Source of the DNA: Pecten maximus
Lineage: Eukaryota
Direction of reading: 5' to 3'
Length of the DNA stretch: 64,000 nt
Assembly (NCBI RefSeq): GCF_902652985.1
Contig: NC_047015.1
Location: forward strand, 5,828,001-5,892,000
In this document: piece by piece, positions 27,026 to 39,450 of the stretch
Numbering within the stretch: the first letter of the stretch is position 1
Layout: each line of letters begins with the position of its first letter
The notes under the pieces: generated by a model
What the model was told of the DNA's origin: nothing
What the model saw: only the letters and a program-made list of their open reading frames with translations
Database searches by the model: none
Made by a program: the position numbers and the translations under genes

Positions 27026-27717
27026 AACATACACACATTTCGGGAAAAGAATATTAGAAGTAATAGTTTATCAAGAGGATTCGAAGTGCTGTCCGTCATG
27101 TCAGGAATGCGATGATAATACGTCTATCTTTGACAGTTTAATTTTACGTATTTTGTAGTGATTTATCATTAAAATACCCGCTCTTTGACACCTACACTTT
27201 TATTTTTTATTTTGCTGAAAAAGCTTTAATCGTGCAGTATTTCTATTAACCTTGCAACAAATTGAACCCATAAAGATAGCATGGCGCTGTAGGTATTTCG
27301 ATATATAATGAGACACACATGTTTTAAATAGATATCAGACAACTTTTGAATTATACATCTAGTTGATTATTTGAAAAACTGACCAACACAAAGTTTATCT
27401 CAAAACAAAAAAAGGCCATATAAAATATCAAGCATACAGATTGTAACGTAGGACGAGCGTTGGATAAAGGTCACTCTAAAATTGAGAACACAATTTTAAA
27501 AAGTCGATATGGCTTCACCACACTGGGGACATTGTCCATCAACTCCATTGTCTGTGTTCCAAGACGATTTGCACGACAATAATCCGGAATTCTAACCGAT
27601 CAGCACAAAGCTTAGACCATATAAAAATGATAGTATGTCTCAACAACCACCCTTCAACCCGAATTCTTTATGTATTAACCACTCTTAAACCCAAACCTTT
27701 TATCTAAAACCCACCCT

Positions 27718-27830
27718 CACTTAATGTTCCGTATATAAAGTTAGCATCCCTTTATACGACCTTATATATGGAACATTAAGTGAAGTTACCTTCCCTATAT
27801 ATGACCTTTTATACGGAACATTAAGTGAAG
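27718..27830. repeat. Short inverted/direct repeat cluster (CACTTAATGTTCCGTATA), possible MITE remnant
   Basis: One arm at 27718 and two inverted copies at ~27765 and ~27810. Confidence 0.55.
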
Positions 27831-28247
27831 TAGCATAAAACACCGCAGCGCCCCCATACTGCATAATGAGGAACTAAAGAATGAGATCGCCAACAATCAC
27901 AAAGTCAACGCGAATGCCGATAATGCAATACTGAATGTTGACCTAGCGAATACCGGATTGCGCAATGCAAACTCGTAATGACAATGTTGACGACTGGAAT
28001 AATCAAACTGCAATATGCAATCTTAACACTGAATACATGAATGATAATAAAGGAAATGATCAGGTTCAATTCGCATAACACAATGTTAATGTTGCACACA
28101 TGAATGCAATAACGGATAGTGTAATATTTACTTGAATTCCGTTCCATAGGAAGGTATAGAGAGAAAGTTTAAATATGACTAAATTCTCTTTATTATAAAC
28201 AACACATATTTCAGCCATTCAGATTTTCAGAAATAGGGGCCTGCACA

Positions 28248-28528
28248 TGCAAGATTTCAACAGACTTTATTTACGGTAACAGGTTAACAACAATTAAACA
28301 AGTCTACACTTAACATAGAAAGGGTCACACAGATCCCTATTGTAGCCGTCCCCGCTCACAAAGACCCGGAGAGGCCACCAAACGCTCTAATTCGACTTAG
28401 TAAATGACAGGGGGAATTACCACACGTCCTGCTGGTTGCATAGCTTGGGTCGAAGAGAGCGAATCGCATCTCCCGCCACAGGAAAGCAGCTCACACAAGG
28501 GGAAGTAACTCTTCCGAGATTCCCAACA
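28248..28528 (-). repeat. 3' LTR
   Basis: Direct repeat of 35414-35691; about 5 substitutions and one 3-bp indel by eye. Confidence 0.95.
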
Positions 28529-28540
28529 TTCCTCCCCGTT
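28529..28540 (-). promoter_or_regulatory. Polypurine tract
   Basis: AACGGGGAGGAA on the minus strand abutting the 3' LTR. Confidence 0.85.
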
Positions 28541-28698
28541 TTATAAGATTGGATATAATGCCAATTGAAATTGATACCGAGAGATTAGCAACTGATATTT
28601 GACATTACATAAAACTACAGAATTCTAAGTAGATTAAAGTTATCTTCAAATATAAACTTATGAATTATACAGTTTGTTTTCGAAACGAATAAAGCATA

Positions 28699-31600
28699 TT
28701 ACTGAACATAGTCATTCAAGTAGGCTGGTTTTTTCACTTGTCGTCCACGCCTAGTCACAACTTCGGCGTCCATACACTCTCCGTCGGTACTGCACTGTTC
28801 GCGGTCACAATCCGAAGAATTGTCAATTGGATCTTGGTCATGAAGAACTTCGGTAGAAGTATCTGGACCACTTGCGCCATCCTTCTCAAAACTGTTTGTT
28901 GACTTGTCCTTGACAGAAAGTGTGTGCTTAGCCCGAGCTAGCCATAATGGAGCAGTTCCATCGGTACACAGCTTTAGCTTGTCGTGATGTATCCTCTTCG
29001 TTTGACCTCTGTTGTCTTGGAGGATATAGAGTGGAGGTTCACTTCCAACCACCAAATAAGGTCCCTTCCAAGGAGGACGTAGTTTCCGGCTTTGTCCAAC
29101 AACTGTTGCCTCATCAAGTTTGTACACTGTATCTCCGGGGCTGTACATTTGTTCGCGCAATTTCAAATCATAGTCCTTCTTCTGGCGAACTTGGGTGCTT
29201 TCGAGATGGTGTCTTGCAAATTGGTGAGCCTCAGCCATGACCCTGTTTAAGTTCTGCACCCACTCCACTGGTTCAAAATCCTCCAAGTTAGCTTGGCTGA
29301 CTCCCATCATAATGTCTGCTGGCAACATGACTTCCCTTCCCAGCATTAAACGATTCGGTGTATAACCGGTGGATTTGTTTTCTGTGGCATGTAGTGCCAT
29401 GACTAGAGATGGCAGATCTTTATCCCAGTGTCTGATCTTTCCCTCTATGTAACACCGTATTATCTGTGCAATCATCCGGTTGTAGCGTTCAATCTGTCCA
29501 TTCGATGACGGGTGATAGGGTGTCGCTCGTGTCTTTGTTATTTGAAGTATTTCACAGATTTTCCTGAACATATTTCCATCAAAGTTCCTGCTTTGGTCGG
29601 TATGAATAGCCAAAGGACACCAAAATGTTACAACAAAGCGACTGAAGAATTCTCGGGCGATCAGGTCTGCTGACTGGTTCGGCAACGCTACACACTCTAT
29701 CCATTTCGAGAATTGATCTATCATAACTAATACATGTGAATTGCCCAATTCACTCGGAGTAAATGGTCCTAGAATGTCCAAGTGTATCCTCTACATTGGA
29801 TAACCAGCGTGGTATCTTTGAAGAGCTGCTTTCGGTTTTCGGCAAGATTTCTTGTTCACATTGCATACTGCGCATGCCTTTATGTAGCCTTTACAATCTT
29901 CCGCCATTTTATACCACATGTAGAACTGTCGAAGCCGTTTCAAAGATTTCTCGTATCCAAGATGTACTGAAAGTTTTGAATCATGGCAATGGAAGAGTAC
30001 CTCTTTTCGCATTGCTTTTGGTACTACAAGGCGCATCCGTTCGGTTTCTCCGTCCATCCAAACGTACATCAATACACCATTTAATAATTTGAGTTGATGC
30101 TTCGAGAGCCACAAATGCTTAGTAGCAGGACTTGTCAGGTATAATTCATGTTCTTCCGGCGAAATATTTTCTAAACACTGTATTATACAACCTAAATCCG
30201 GATCCTCCAGTTGCATTTTCCTCATATCATCCTCTGATTTGATTTCTACCCAATTTACATCAGGACCCAATTGCTGTACTGAAGCAACAACATCTTCCAT
30301 TTCGGATTTTAAACCTTGAGCCAATGGGATCACATTGTCCACTTCTTCTTCGAATCTTGACCATTGAGTATGTGCCCGTTTGCAGTAGCTACATCCATGA
30401 CACGGAAGCGTTTCCAGATTTACACCTGGCCGGTAATGATTACACGGGTCGATAGTATCAGGAATACGAGATAGCCCGTCTGCATTCAAATGTTCTTTCC
30501 CTTTTCTATGTTCAATCTGCATATCGTACTGAGCTAGTTCCTCTAGCAATCTAGCAAGTTGACCTTCGATATGTTTAAATCGAGTCAACCAAATCAGGAT
30601 GTTGTGATCAGTCCGAAGAATAAAGTGCCTTCCAAGAAGGTAACGCCTGAAATGTCGTGTGAACGTTACAACGGCCAACAACTCCTTCCGGGTTGTGCAG
30701 TACTTTCTTTGCTCTGGAGTGAGCACTTTTCCGCTGTATGAAATAAATCTTTCTTGGTCATTCTGGATTTGAGATAACTGAGCCCCAACCGCAACATCGG
30801 AAGCGTCGGAATCCAAAACAAAAGTCTCAGTATGGTTTGGGTATGAAAGACACGGGGCTGTTGTCAAGGCCCGCTTCAATTTGTCGAAAGCCTCTTGATG
30901 TGACTCATCCCACCGGAATTTACACTTAGAACCTGTAAGTTCATACAGGCATTTTGATATATGCGCGTAACCAGGAACATGTTCTCGGTGATAGTTAGCA
31001 TATCATAGGAACCTCTCCATTTCCTTTGATGAGGTTGGTACTGGCCATCATCGAATTTGATCCACCTTGTCCTCAGCTATGCTAATGCCTGACTGACTGA
31101 TGTGCTTCCCGAGAAAGTCACATTCTGATTGAACCAACAGACACTTTTTAGGCTTGAATTTCAAATTGTGACATCGAAAACGCTGAAAGACTGCCTGCAA
31201 ATTCTGGAAATGGTCATCAAAATCAATCCCCATAGCATTGATATCATCTAGATACGCCAAAAGCTTTTTCCACAACAACCCTCTAAGAACTAACTGAATT
31301 GCTCGCTGGAAAGTAGCCGGGGCGTTGCACAACCCAAACGCCATTTTGTTGTGCTCGAACAATCCATGTTTCGTCACAAAAGCTGTCTTCCTTTTGTCTG
31401 ACTCAGCAATGGGTATTTGATAGTAGCCTGAAGCCATATCTAGCGTGCTGAAATATTTTGATCCAGCCAGGGTTTCGAGACAATCAGCAATGTTGGGTAG
31501 TGGAAAGGTATCCTTGACTGTTTTCTGATTTAAGCAACGATAATCGACACACCACCGCACAGATCCATCCTTCTTTCTGACCAGGACTGGAGCAGATGCC

Positions 31601-32689
31601 CATTTTGAAGCTGATGGCCTGATAATCCCAGCGTCCAGGAGATTATTTAAAAGTTTTTCCTCCTCCCCTTCGAAACCGAATGGAGTTCTCCGCATTTTCT
31701 GCTTAACTGGGTTCTCATTTCCTGTATGTATCCTGTGTTCCACTCCCTTCAGACATCCAATGTCAAGATCATGAGTTGAGAAAACATCACTGAACTCAAT
31801 AAGCAGACGTTTGAGCTTTTCAGATTCTGTGTCACTTAGTCCAATGCTAGACCTTCCGAATAACTCCTGTAGGTGGGAAGGAAGGTCGGTCGAGTTGAAA
31901 TTAACCTGGTTAATCGACAATGAACCTACAGCGGTAGGCCCTGCTTCTTCATTGGCACTGACATGTTCTTCTACAGTAACTTGACCTATTCTTTGTCCGC
32001 ATCTAATAATCACAGGTTCATCAGAGTCATTGATGTAGGTCACTGGCAAATTATCACTATTGCCTCCTAAATATACACCTGCAGACATCAAAAATGTATT
32101 CCGCTTACTTGGCTCAACTACAAATAATCTACCAGTCATTGGTGATTGTAAAGACGCACTGGTTCTAGTTACAGAGTGCGCTGGGAGAACAATCCTTTGA
32201 TGAGACAAAACACAGCAAATATCGACATCTTCATCTTCCCTGCCTCGTTTTAGTGTCCCGTAGACGACAGAATCGCCTATCTCTAGAGTGTTTTCTCGCA
32301 AGTCAACAATACATTCATGTTTTGAGAGAATGTCCATGCCCAGTAAAAGTTCGTCATTAATTGGGGCTGCATATATGTCAGAAATTATACTTGTACTCCC
32401 AAGGTGAATTGTTACGTCTCTAATTGTGTGTCTTATGATACGAGATTCCTTGCCCTGCTCCAACGAGAACAACTTTCTCCGATATTGAATAATTAGGATC
32501 CAGCTCCTTTAAGAGATTGATATTAATGACGGTCACTTGAGCTGCGGTGTCAACCACAGAAGATATACCTTTTCCGCATACCTTCGCTGGAATATAAAGG
32601 CTGACCACTTTCTTTTCCTTCACAAGTACCTCCTTAATGTCTGCAATCTGACCTTCATCTGTTTGGACCACTGTTCGGTCAGTTAACAT
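28699..32689 (-). pseudogene. pol: Gypsy pol: protease, RT, RNase H, integrase (interrupted)
   Basis: Protease VDTAA (32420-32689); RT WCVDYR, LDMASGY, FGLCNAPATFQR, YLDD (31048-32472); RNase H DSDAS, TTRKELLA, RTDH, NADGLSR and HHCC finger (29791-30879); integrase D-D-E core and WKGPY (28699-29781); frameshift at ~32460, stops at 31048 and 29791. Confidence 0.95.
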
Positions 32690-34165
32690 GGCCCATTCCA
32701 GTTTGACTGTTCCCCATCACTGTATCTTTTTTCACAGTCAGCCTTGAAGTGTCCATATTCACCGCAAGAGTAACATCTCCGGTTAGCCTTAGAGTTAGGA
32801 GATTGACTTCTAGGAGATGCTGGTGGACTCTTTGACCGTGGTTCTTTTCCATTTCTAGGGGCTCCCAAATTGAAGGAACTCAACTTTCCAACAAGATCTT
32901 TCAGCACCGATGTAACCTCTGACAATTCTGATGTCGACTGTCTACTTTGCACTTGCTGCACTTTAGGGGGTCCAGCGTCATCATCAATATCACCTACATC
33001 TGCACTGGCGAAGCTCACCTTTCGGGATTCCATAGGACGGGCGCGATCCAAATATCAACTTCCTGTTGTTGACATCCTCTTTTACATACTGCAGTGCCTT
33101 ATATATAGACTACAGGTTTTTCGAAATAGCAGTACTTGCAGCTTCCTTATCGTCGCAGGCCCTTAGGAATGCCTCCACTGCTATTTGATCAATGGTCTTT
33201 TCATCTGCTCCCGGAAGTCCATCCATAGCAAGAAAATGTACCCTTTGGGAAAGCTCAGCAAGGGTTTCATTCTCCTTTTGCCTCAGAAGTTGTAGCTGCC
33301 TTCGAGCTGAGGTCGGAGGTTCCTTCTTGCTAAATCGCTTTGATAGCTTTCTACATAGCTGATCGTAGCCATCATGCCTCAATTCCCTCGCGAATTCTAA
33401 TGCCTTGTCCCTCAAACAGTCAATAAGCGGGTCTTTTGTTTCTTTTATTCGCCAACCATACCTCTTTGCTTGCCGCTCATGCTGGTATAAAAATGATTCC
33501 CAGTCACCTTCACCTGTGTATGTTTGTGCCGTTGGAGGCGCCGGACTCCTCTTTCGTGATCGTCTTGATCTATGTCTCGATTGAGAGTAATCTGAACTAC
33601 TGTCACTGTCGTCAGACTCTGATGCAGATGGTGAGGATTCATACCTTGTCCTATAATGATGGTAGTTCCCATGTCTTCTTCCCTTACCTTCGGATATAGA
33701 CATCTTATCTCTGCTCCTTGAACTATCTCCAATAGAACTCTCCTTTTCTATCTCTGGCTCATCAAATAAAGTTATTAAAGATGGCGTTGAGGTCTCAGCT
33801 GGCTTGTAGAGATCTGATGCTGGGGTGGAGGTAGACTTTGGTAAGTACACACTATCTGCTGTTACTGTACCCGATCCAAAACTAGGGTAGAAACTGCTTT
33901 GTGATGAAGGACGTGATGGTGTCAAGTAGGATGCAGCATTGCTATCAGATAATACCTTTCTTGCTTCGAGCGATGGGAAGCGCTCCAATAGCCGTTTTAA
34001 ATCATTTGAAGCCTCTTTGATTTCTTTCTTCGATTCCCTAATCTCTGTTAAGCTCTCCTCAAGAAATTCATTGAAGGATGTCATTTTGTTTGTTATTTTG
34101 TCCCTCTCACTAGAAAACCAATCACCAAATTTTGAAAGTTCTTCTGAACTGGCCATAATACACAA
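32683..34165 (-). pseudogene. gag: Gypsy gag with CCHC zinc knuckle (interrupted near 33110)
   Basis: YTGEGDWESFLYQHE...YGW capsid-like motif, LRQKENETLAE, CYSCGEYGHFKADC. Confidence 0.9.
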
Positions 34166-34303
34166 CTTGTTGCCAAAATGTTGTCTTATTTAGAGGGTAT
34201 AGGCGATACTTGTCACCAACCGCAACCAAAAGTCAATATCACAAATTGGAAAGTTTGACTAAGCGGGGGATTTAGGCGATTACATCACCTACCACACCCA
34301 AAG

Positions 34304-35028
34304 TCAGGCATCCAGCTTCCTTTTCTTTGATGATTGTGTAGTTATAGAATTAAACTGTACACTGTCTAAAACTGGTCGAAACCACTGTTGTTTAATATGC
34401 GACACAGCATGAAGACCATCATATAAAACATCAAAATGATATGATAACACGGTTTTTGGAATTCTACGTCGTCCCCGTCGTTTTTTGTGAATCTTGATAA
34501 CTGCTTCCGCCCACCTTATAGTTTTACAACCAGATAATGAATTAAAACTATCAATCCCACCATTTACAAAAGAAACAGTGTTGTTATGTTCAGCCTGAAA
34601 ATTGTTCAAAACTTCATCTGAGAAGACTTTAGTCGAATTTTTGATGTCCTGAAATTTGCGAAATGATGCAGGTGCAATAGTAGCAAACCCAACAGTTGAA
34701 TTTGTTCGGACCGACTTGATATATTCTGCGAATTCCCTTAATTCCGATAATACTGCAGCGTGTCCTTTTTCGGACGGTTTGATTACACTACCAGAGTGAC
34801 TCCTTTCCAAAGATATTAGGTCATTAGTTTCAGCACAAATCCTGACTAGTAACTTCCTGTCATGTGGAATTATAGGTAGTTTTTTTAACAAACAAACTTT
34901 TTAAAGTCAGAAATAGTTGCTCCCCTCTTGATGAGATATATTATTTCCAAATCTTTTGGCTGATGGTAATTATCAAAGTTATAAGCTCTTGAGTCAGTAA
35001 TTAAGATAACGATAGTTTTAGATTCCAT
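34304..35028 (-). CDS. Extra ORF0 of the Gypsy element: SGNH/GDSL hydrolase-like protein (frameshift near 34890)
   Basis: ATG at 35028: MESKTIVILITDSRAY...IKRGATISD, then ORF 34304-34891 with VRICAETNDL and LYDGLH; these correspond to SGNH blocks I, II, III and V in order. Confidence 0.72.
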
Positions 35029-35399
35029 AAAAATAACACAAATATGTCCAGAATAATAAGTATGTGTGCAGAATAATTGTCAAAAATACACAAAAAGAAT
35101 CGAGAAACAAAATTATCACCAACAAATTGACGATTTTTTTCAATCAAATAAAGTCTCAAAACACGGTGAGCGCATCCTTAATATCACCCTGTTTGTTGAC
35201 AAAGTTTCGTCTGCTTTGACCTAACATGGCGAAGTGCCCGGTATAAATAAACGTATATCTAGTCTACTCAGTACATGACTTATTCAGCAACAATGTTTAT
35301 CACAGCGTTATTGCAATACAGATGATTCGAAATGATTTTTAATTTTTGTGTGCACAATGATTTGTTAATCGTGGCGATTTTCTCTCCGCGCTCCAAATT

Positions 35400-35412
35400 A
35401 TCCTCGTCGCCA
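35400..35412 (-). promoter_or_regulatory. Primer binding site, tRNA-Ser(GCU) type
   Basis: TGGCGACGAGGAT 1 nt inside the 5' LTR, complementary to the ...AUCCUCGUCGCCA 3' end of metazoan tRNA-Ser(GCU) (sequence recalled, not searched). Confidence 0.85.
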
Positions 35413-35413
35413 A

Positions 35414-35691
35414 TGTAAGATTTCAACAGACTTTATTTACGGTAACAGGTTAACAACAATTAAACAAGTCTACACTTAACATAGAAAGGGTCACACAGAT
35501 CCCTGTTGTAGCCGTCCCCGCTCACAAAGACCCGGAGAGGCCACCAAACGCTCCAATTCGACTTAGTAAATGACAGGGGGAATTACCACACGTCCTGCTG
35601 GCTTCATAGCTTGGGTCGAAGAGAGCGAATCGCATCTCCCGCCACAGGAAAGCTCACACAAGGGGAAGTAACTCTTCCGAGATTCCCAACA
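35414..35691 (-). repeat. 5' LTR
   Basis: Direct repeat of 28248-28528. Confidence 0.95.
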
Positions 35692-37424
35692 TTAGTTAGC
35701 CTTTAAATAACATTTCCAGTTGCCCATTAATCAGCCAGCCTGGCGACAGTTCTAGTTATATTATAAGGGAATTGAATACAATCGATGACTGACGACCTGT
35801 AAAGGTCTCACAATACCTGAAATATGTTGATACTGTTAGAAACAATCTGTCGTCGTGGCCTCTTACTAGTGTTTGTCGTACAGATTTATTACATTTGGCC
35901 ATTGTTTATATTCTGAGCAAACCACATTTGTTTCTATTTAATTTAACAGCTTGTTTATTTTTACTACTTTCGAAGTACAAATATCAATTGTTGCGTAGTA
36001 AGTGTGGACTCGTCTCTTGTGGAACAACTTATCTGGGATGTCACCGACGTTTGTTTGTGTTTATCATTCTGTAAAGTAAACTAGATCGACTTGATTGTGA
36101 TAACCGCTTATCTGGGGATATTTCGCAACAACGCGATCACGTGACTGACACTTCTACCTCCGGGAGTTCCTCACCTTTATATGATCTGAAGGCTTTATAT
36201 TGGATATACACAAAGATATCATGTGATACTGCTCTTCATAGAATAAAACACAATCTCTTTCCATAGGTCCCAGTCATATCAGGACATGTAAACACGACAA
36301 AGAGGCTAAGACAGTGCTTTAGTAAATAATATCCACTTATGTAATTCTATAGCTTATGGGCACAGTTTGACGCATAAGAAATACGAAATTTTAATCTAAA
36401 AATTGGTCTGACTGTCTCCATCAATTGTAATTTCATTTAAACCTCCAGAAGTCTCGCGCACTCTGATACCTCCAGGTTTAGGGTCAAGTGATGTTGGGTG
36501 TTTCTGCCCAGTGTATATTTTGACTGTACTGAACCGGTATAACATATTACCGCTCAGATTTGTAGTTCAAACGTTGAAATACGGTTGTAATTAAACTCAA
36601 CAGGAAAAAATTAAACATCTGATTTGTAATGAATAATAAAAGTTAATTAAAGGGCTCGAATATAAAAAAAAAATACCCTAGTTAAATAGTGTTCGACTGA
36701 TCCCTGGTATGACAGTTGATACTCGTATAAGATATTATGTGATTTAAGTTATTTGTAGAATGCTTTCTCAGTGGTCATCTAGGTTGATGTTTTAGGGGAT
36801 TAACGCCCTTGTAACAGCCGGTGTTATCTAGGTATACTTTGACTAACTGAAATGACGTCAGAAGGGAATGATTCATTGACATATGGTAACGAGTGTTTGG
36901 AGAAAATGTCCTCCGAAGTCTAGGTCATTGCCTTCAGTCACGTGACATACACGTACCCCACATGAGAGTGTCACAAGCTCAGGGAAATGTCTGTGTTGTT
37001 TACCAAGAGATCTATTTCATTCCTACGTTGTCCACCCCGAAATATTCGGAACAGTTTTGCTGTACCATCCTTTGTATTATTTACTTCCACATAAAGACAT
37101 GTACGATGGCCGAATGGAGTCGGACATATCTGTATGGGTCATAGCTGTGTACGCCGAGAGTTCTCTAAGCTGAAGTCAATTCGGGCTGATGAACGCGTTG
37201 TATTGGTACATTTCATTTGTTTATCAATTGACAAATGAAAAATCAATATAAGTACATCTTTCATGACGTCATTAACAAACGGATCCTATCTTGGCGCTAA
37301 AAGCTTATACTGGTTTCCCCCTCAGTCACCTCCCTTTCGTATGCCCAGTCACCCTCCTCCCCAGTCCTTGCGCACGCTACACAGAGGGCCGGTTGCGAGT
37401 AACAATGTTGAGCTGTCCTCGAAT

Positions 37425-37650
37425 AATGCCGCTAATGTAAGACTAATGGTGTGATGTTTATGGCCTCGTGAGGAGATGTCCACCATTAATGACGGTAATG
37501 GTAGACTAATGGTGTCATGGTTCTGGCCACGTGAGGGGCTGTCCACGGCTAATGACGGTAATGTAAAAATAATGGTGTCATGGTTATTACCTCCTCGTGA
37601 GGGGCTGTCCACGACAAATGACGGCAATATAAGACTGATGGTGTCATTTT
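37425..37650. repeat. Degenerate ~65-bp tandem repeat, 3-4 copies
   Basis: Recurring AATGACGGTAATG..AGACTAATGGTGTCAT..CGTGAGGGGCTGTCCAC. Confidence 0.75.
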
Positions 37651-38069
37651 ATATTGTTGTGTCCAACTTAGTCAGAATTAAGAGTTAAATTTATCAAATC
37701 ATACTTTTACCGTCGACTTTCCAAAGCTATGTTTTTGTACATTACTCATTGCTTAATTGTAAATGAGTGTTCTGCTATGATGACGTCATATTGTTTTGAC
37801 GCATCGAGCTATATTTTAACTATGTTTTGAATTATGCCGGTTGTGTTCTCTGCCATCTTGTAAAATGAAATATGATATCATAGATATGTATATTATAATC
37901 GTATCTGCTTAATACGGAATAAACGAAATTGTAAAATTGTTCATGGTTGTGTACTCAACGCCAAGTATGTTTCTTTCATATATACAAACTAAACACTATC
38001 ACATTACAACTACGATAGGAAATTGAAATCTTTACCTTCGGATGACCAACTCATAGTGCATATGATACA

Positions 38070-38273
38070 CAATCTAATTAAAATCTAGATGCTCATTCTC
38101 ACTACGATACATAAACATCTAACGACATCGCATAAATGATGCCCAAGATGCTGTAAGTAGTAATTTGATTGGCTTATCCAGAAGGTCATCTTGACTTGAC
38201 CCCTTATGCGATGGATGGCGTTATATGTTCATGTAACGTAGTGAGAATGAACATCTATATTTTAATCAGATTG
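38070..38273. mobile_element. Foldback MITE with 9-bp TSD (Mutator-like)
   Basis: ~55-bp imperfect TIRs CAATCTAATTAAAATCTAGATG.../...CATCTATATTTTAATCAGATTG; TATGATACA at 38061-38069 and 38274-38282. Confidence 0.8.
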
Positions 38274-38300
38274 TATGATACATTGTGTTAATTATTTGAT

Positions 38301-38530
38301 ATATAACATAGTAACACAAATGAAGAAGGGAGACAACTTTATGACTCGTGCCCTGACCGGGCCTCGAACTCACGATCTACGGCACCCAATCGCCTAGCCA
38401 GAAATGCCCGATGCTTATACCGCTGCGTCACATCGGCGTTTTTAAAACGAACGTTTCAATTGCGCAGTGACGGTCGGCCCGATATTCTGTCATTTTGAAT
38501 TTCCTGTTGTAGTGGTACTGTGATGAATAT
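38301..38530 (-). mobile_element. Interspersed repeat with an internal tRNA-derived segment (SINE-like)
   Basis: Minus strand 38349-38437 reads GCCGATGTGACGCAGCGG...GAGTTCGAGGCCCGGTCAGGGCA (Pol III A and B boxes); related copies at 57224-57600 and 4040-4372. Confidence 0.7.
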
Positions 38531-38619
38531 TTATAATATGTGTCCAATTCGCATCCATGTATGGTATCCATATCATCTAATAAACGACATCCGCTATGAT
38601 CATGACCACATCAAAACAT

Positions 38620-39450
38620 AACGGACGGACGGGGAATGGCACGTCATAATGGAACGGCCGGACGTGGAATGGTATAACATAATGGAACGGACGGACGGGG
38701 AATGGTACATCATTATGGAACGGACGGACGGGGAATGGCACATCATTATGGAACGGACGGACGGGGAATGGCACATCAATATGGAACGGACGGACGGGGA
38801 ATGGCACATCATTATGGAACGGACGGACGGGGAATGGCACATCATAATGGAACGGACGGACGGGGGATGTTACATCATGATGGAACGGACGGACGGGGAA
38901 TGCACATCATAATGGAACAGACGAACGGACGGACGGGGAATGGTACATCATAATGGAACGGACGGACGGGGAATGGCACATCATTATGGAACGGACGGAC
39001 GGGGAATGGCACATCATAATGGAACGGACGGACGGGGGATGTTACATCATTATGGAACGGCCGGACGGGGAATGTCATATCATAATGGAACGGACGGACG
39101 GGGAATGGCACATCATTATGGAACGGACGGACGGGGAATGGCACATCATTATGGAACGGACGGACGGGGAATGGCACATCATAATGGAACGGACGGACGG
39201 GGGATGTTACATCATGATGGAACGGACGGACGGGGAATGACACATCATAATGGAACGGACGGACTGGGAATGGCACTTCATACTGGAACGGACGGACGGG
39301 GAATGTCACATCATAATGGAACGGACTGACGGGGAATGTCACATCATAATGGAACGGACTGACGGGGAATGGTACATCATGAATGGAACGGACGGACGGG
39401 GAATGGTCACATCATAATAAAACGGACGGACGGGGAATGTCACATCATAA
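38620..39450. repeat. 33-bp minisatellite (GGAACGGACGGACGGGGAATGGCACATCATAAT)n upstream of gene copy B
   Basis: Tandem array. Confidence 0.96.

Larger units (their letters stand above)
28248..35691 (-). mobile_element. Full-length Ty3/Gypsy LTR retrotransposon, defective, with an extra ORF upstream of gag
   Basis: Two ~280-bp TG...CA LTRs, PBS, PPT, and gag-PR-RT-RH-IN order. Confidence 0.97.

Noticed and set aside
34304-35028. Functional link between the SGNH ORF and the flanking Acyl_transf_3 genes, by analogy with bacterial AT3-SGNH fusions such as OatA/OafA
   Set aside because: The SGNH ORF lies inside the LTR-bounded element, on the opposite strand and frameshifted; proximity is most simply coincidence
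38349-38437. Functional tRNA gene
   Set aside because: The acceptor stem pairs poorly, there is no clear anticodon arm, and it is embedded in a dispersed repeat
38577-39342. Repeat-peptide ORFs (MERTDGEWHII and others)
   Set aside because: 33-bp unit divisible by three; no splice or start context
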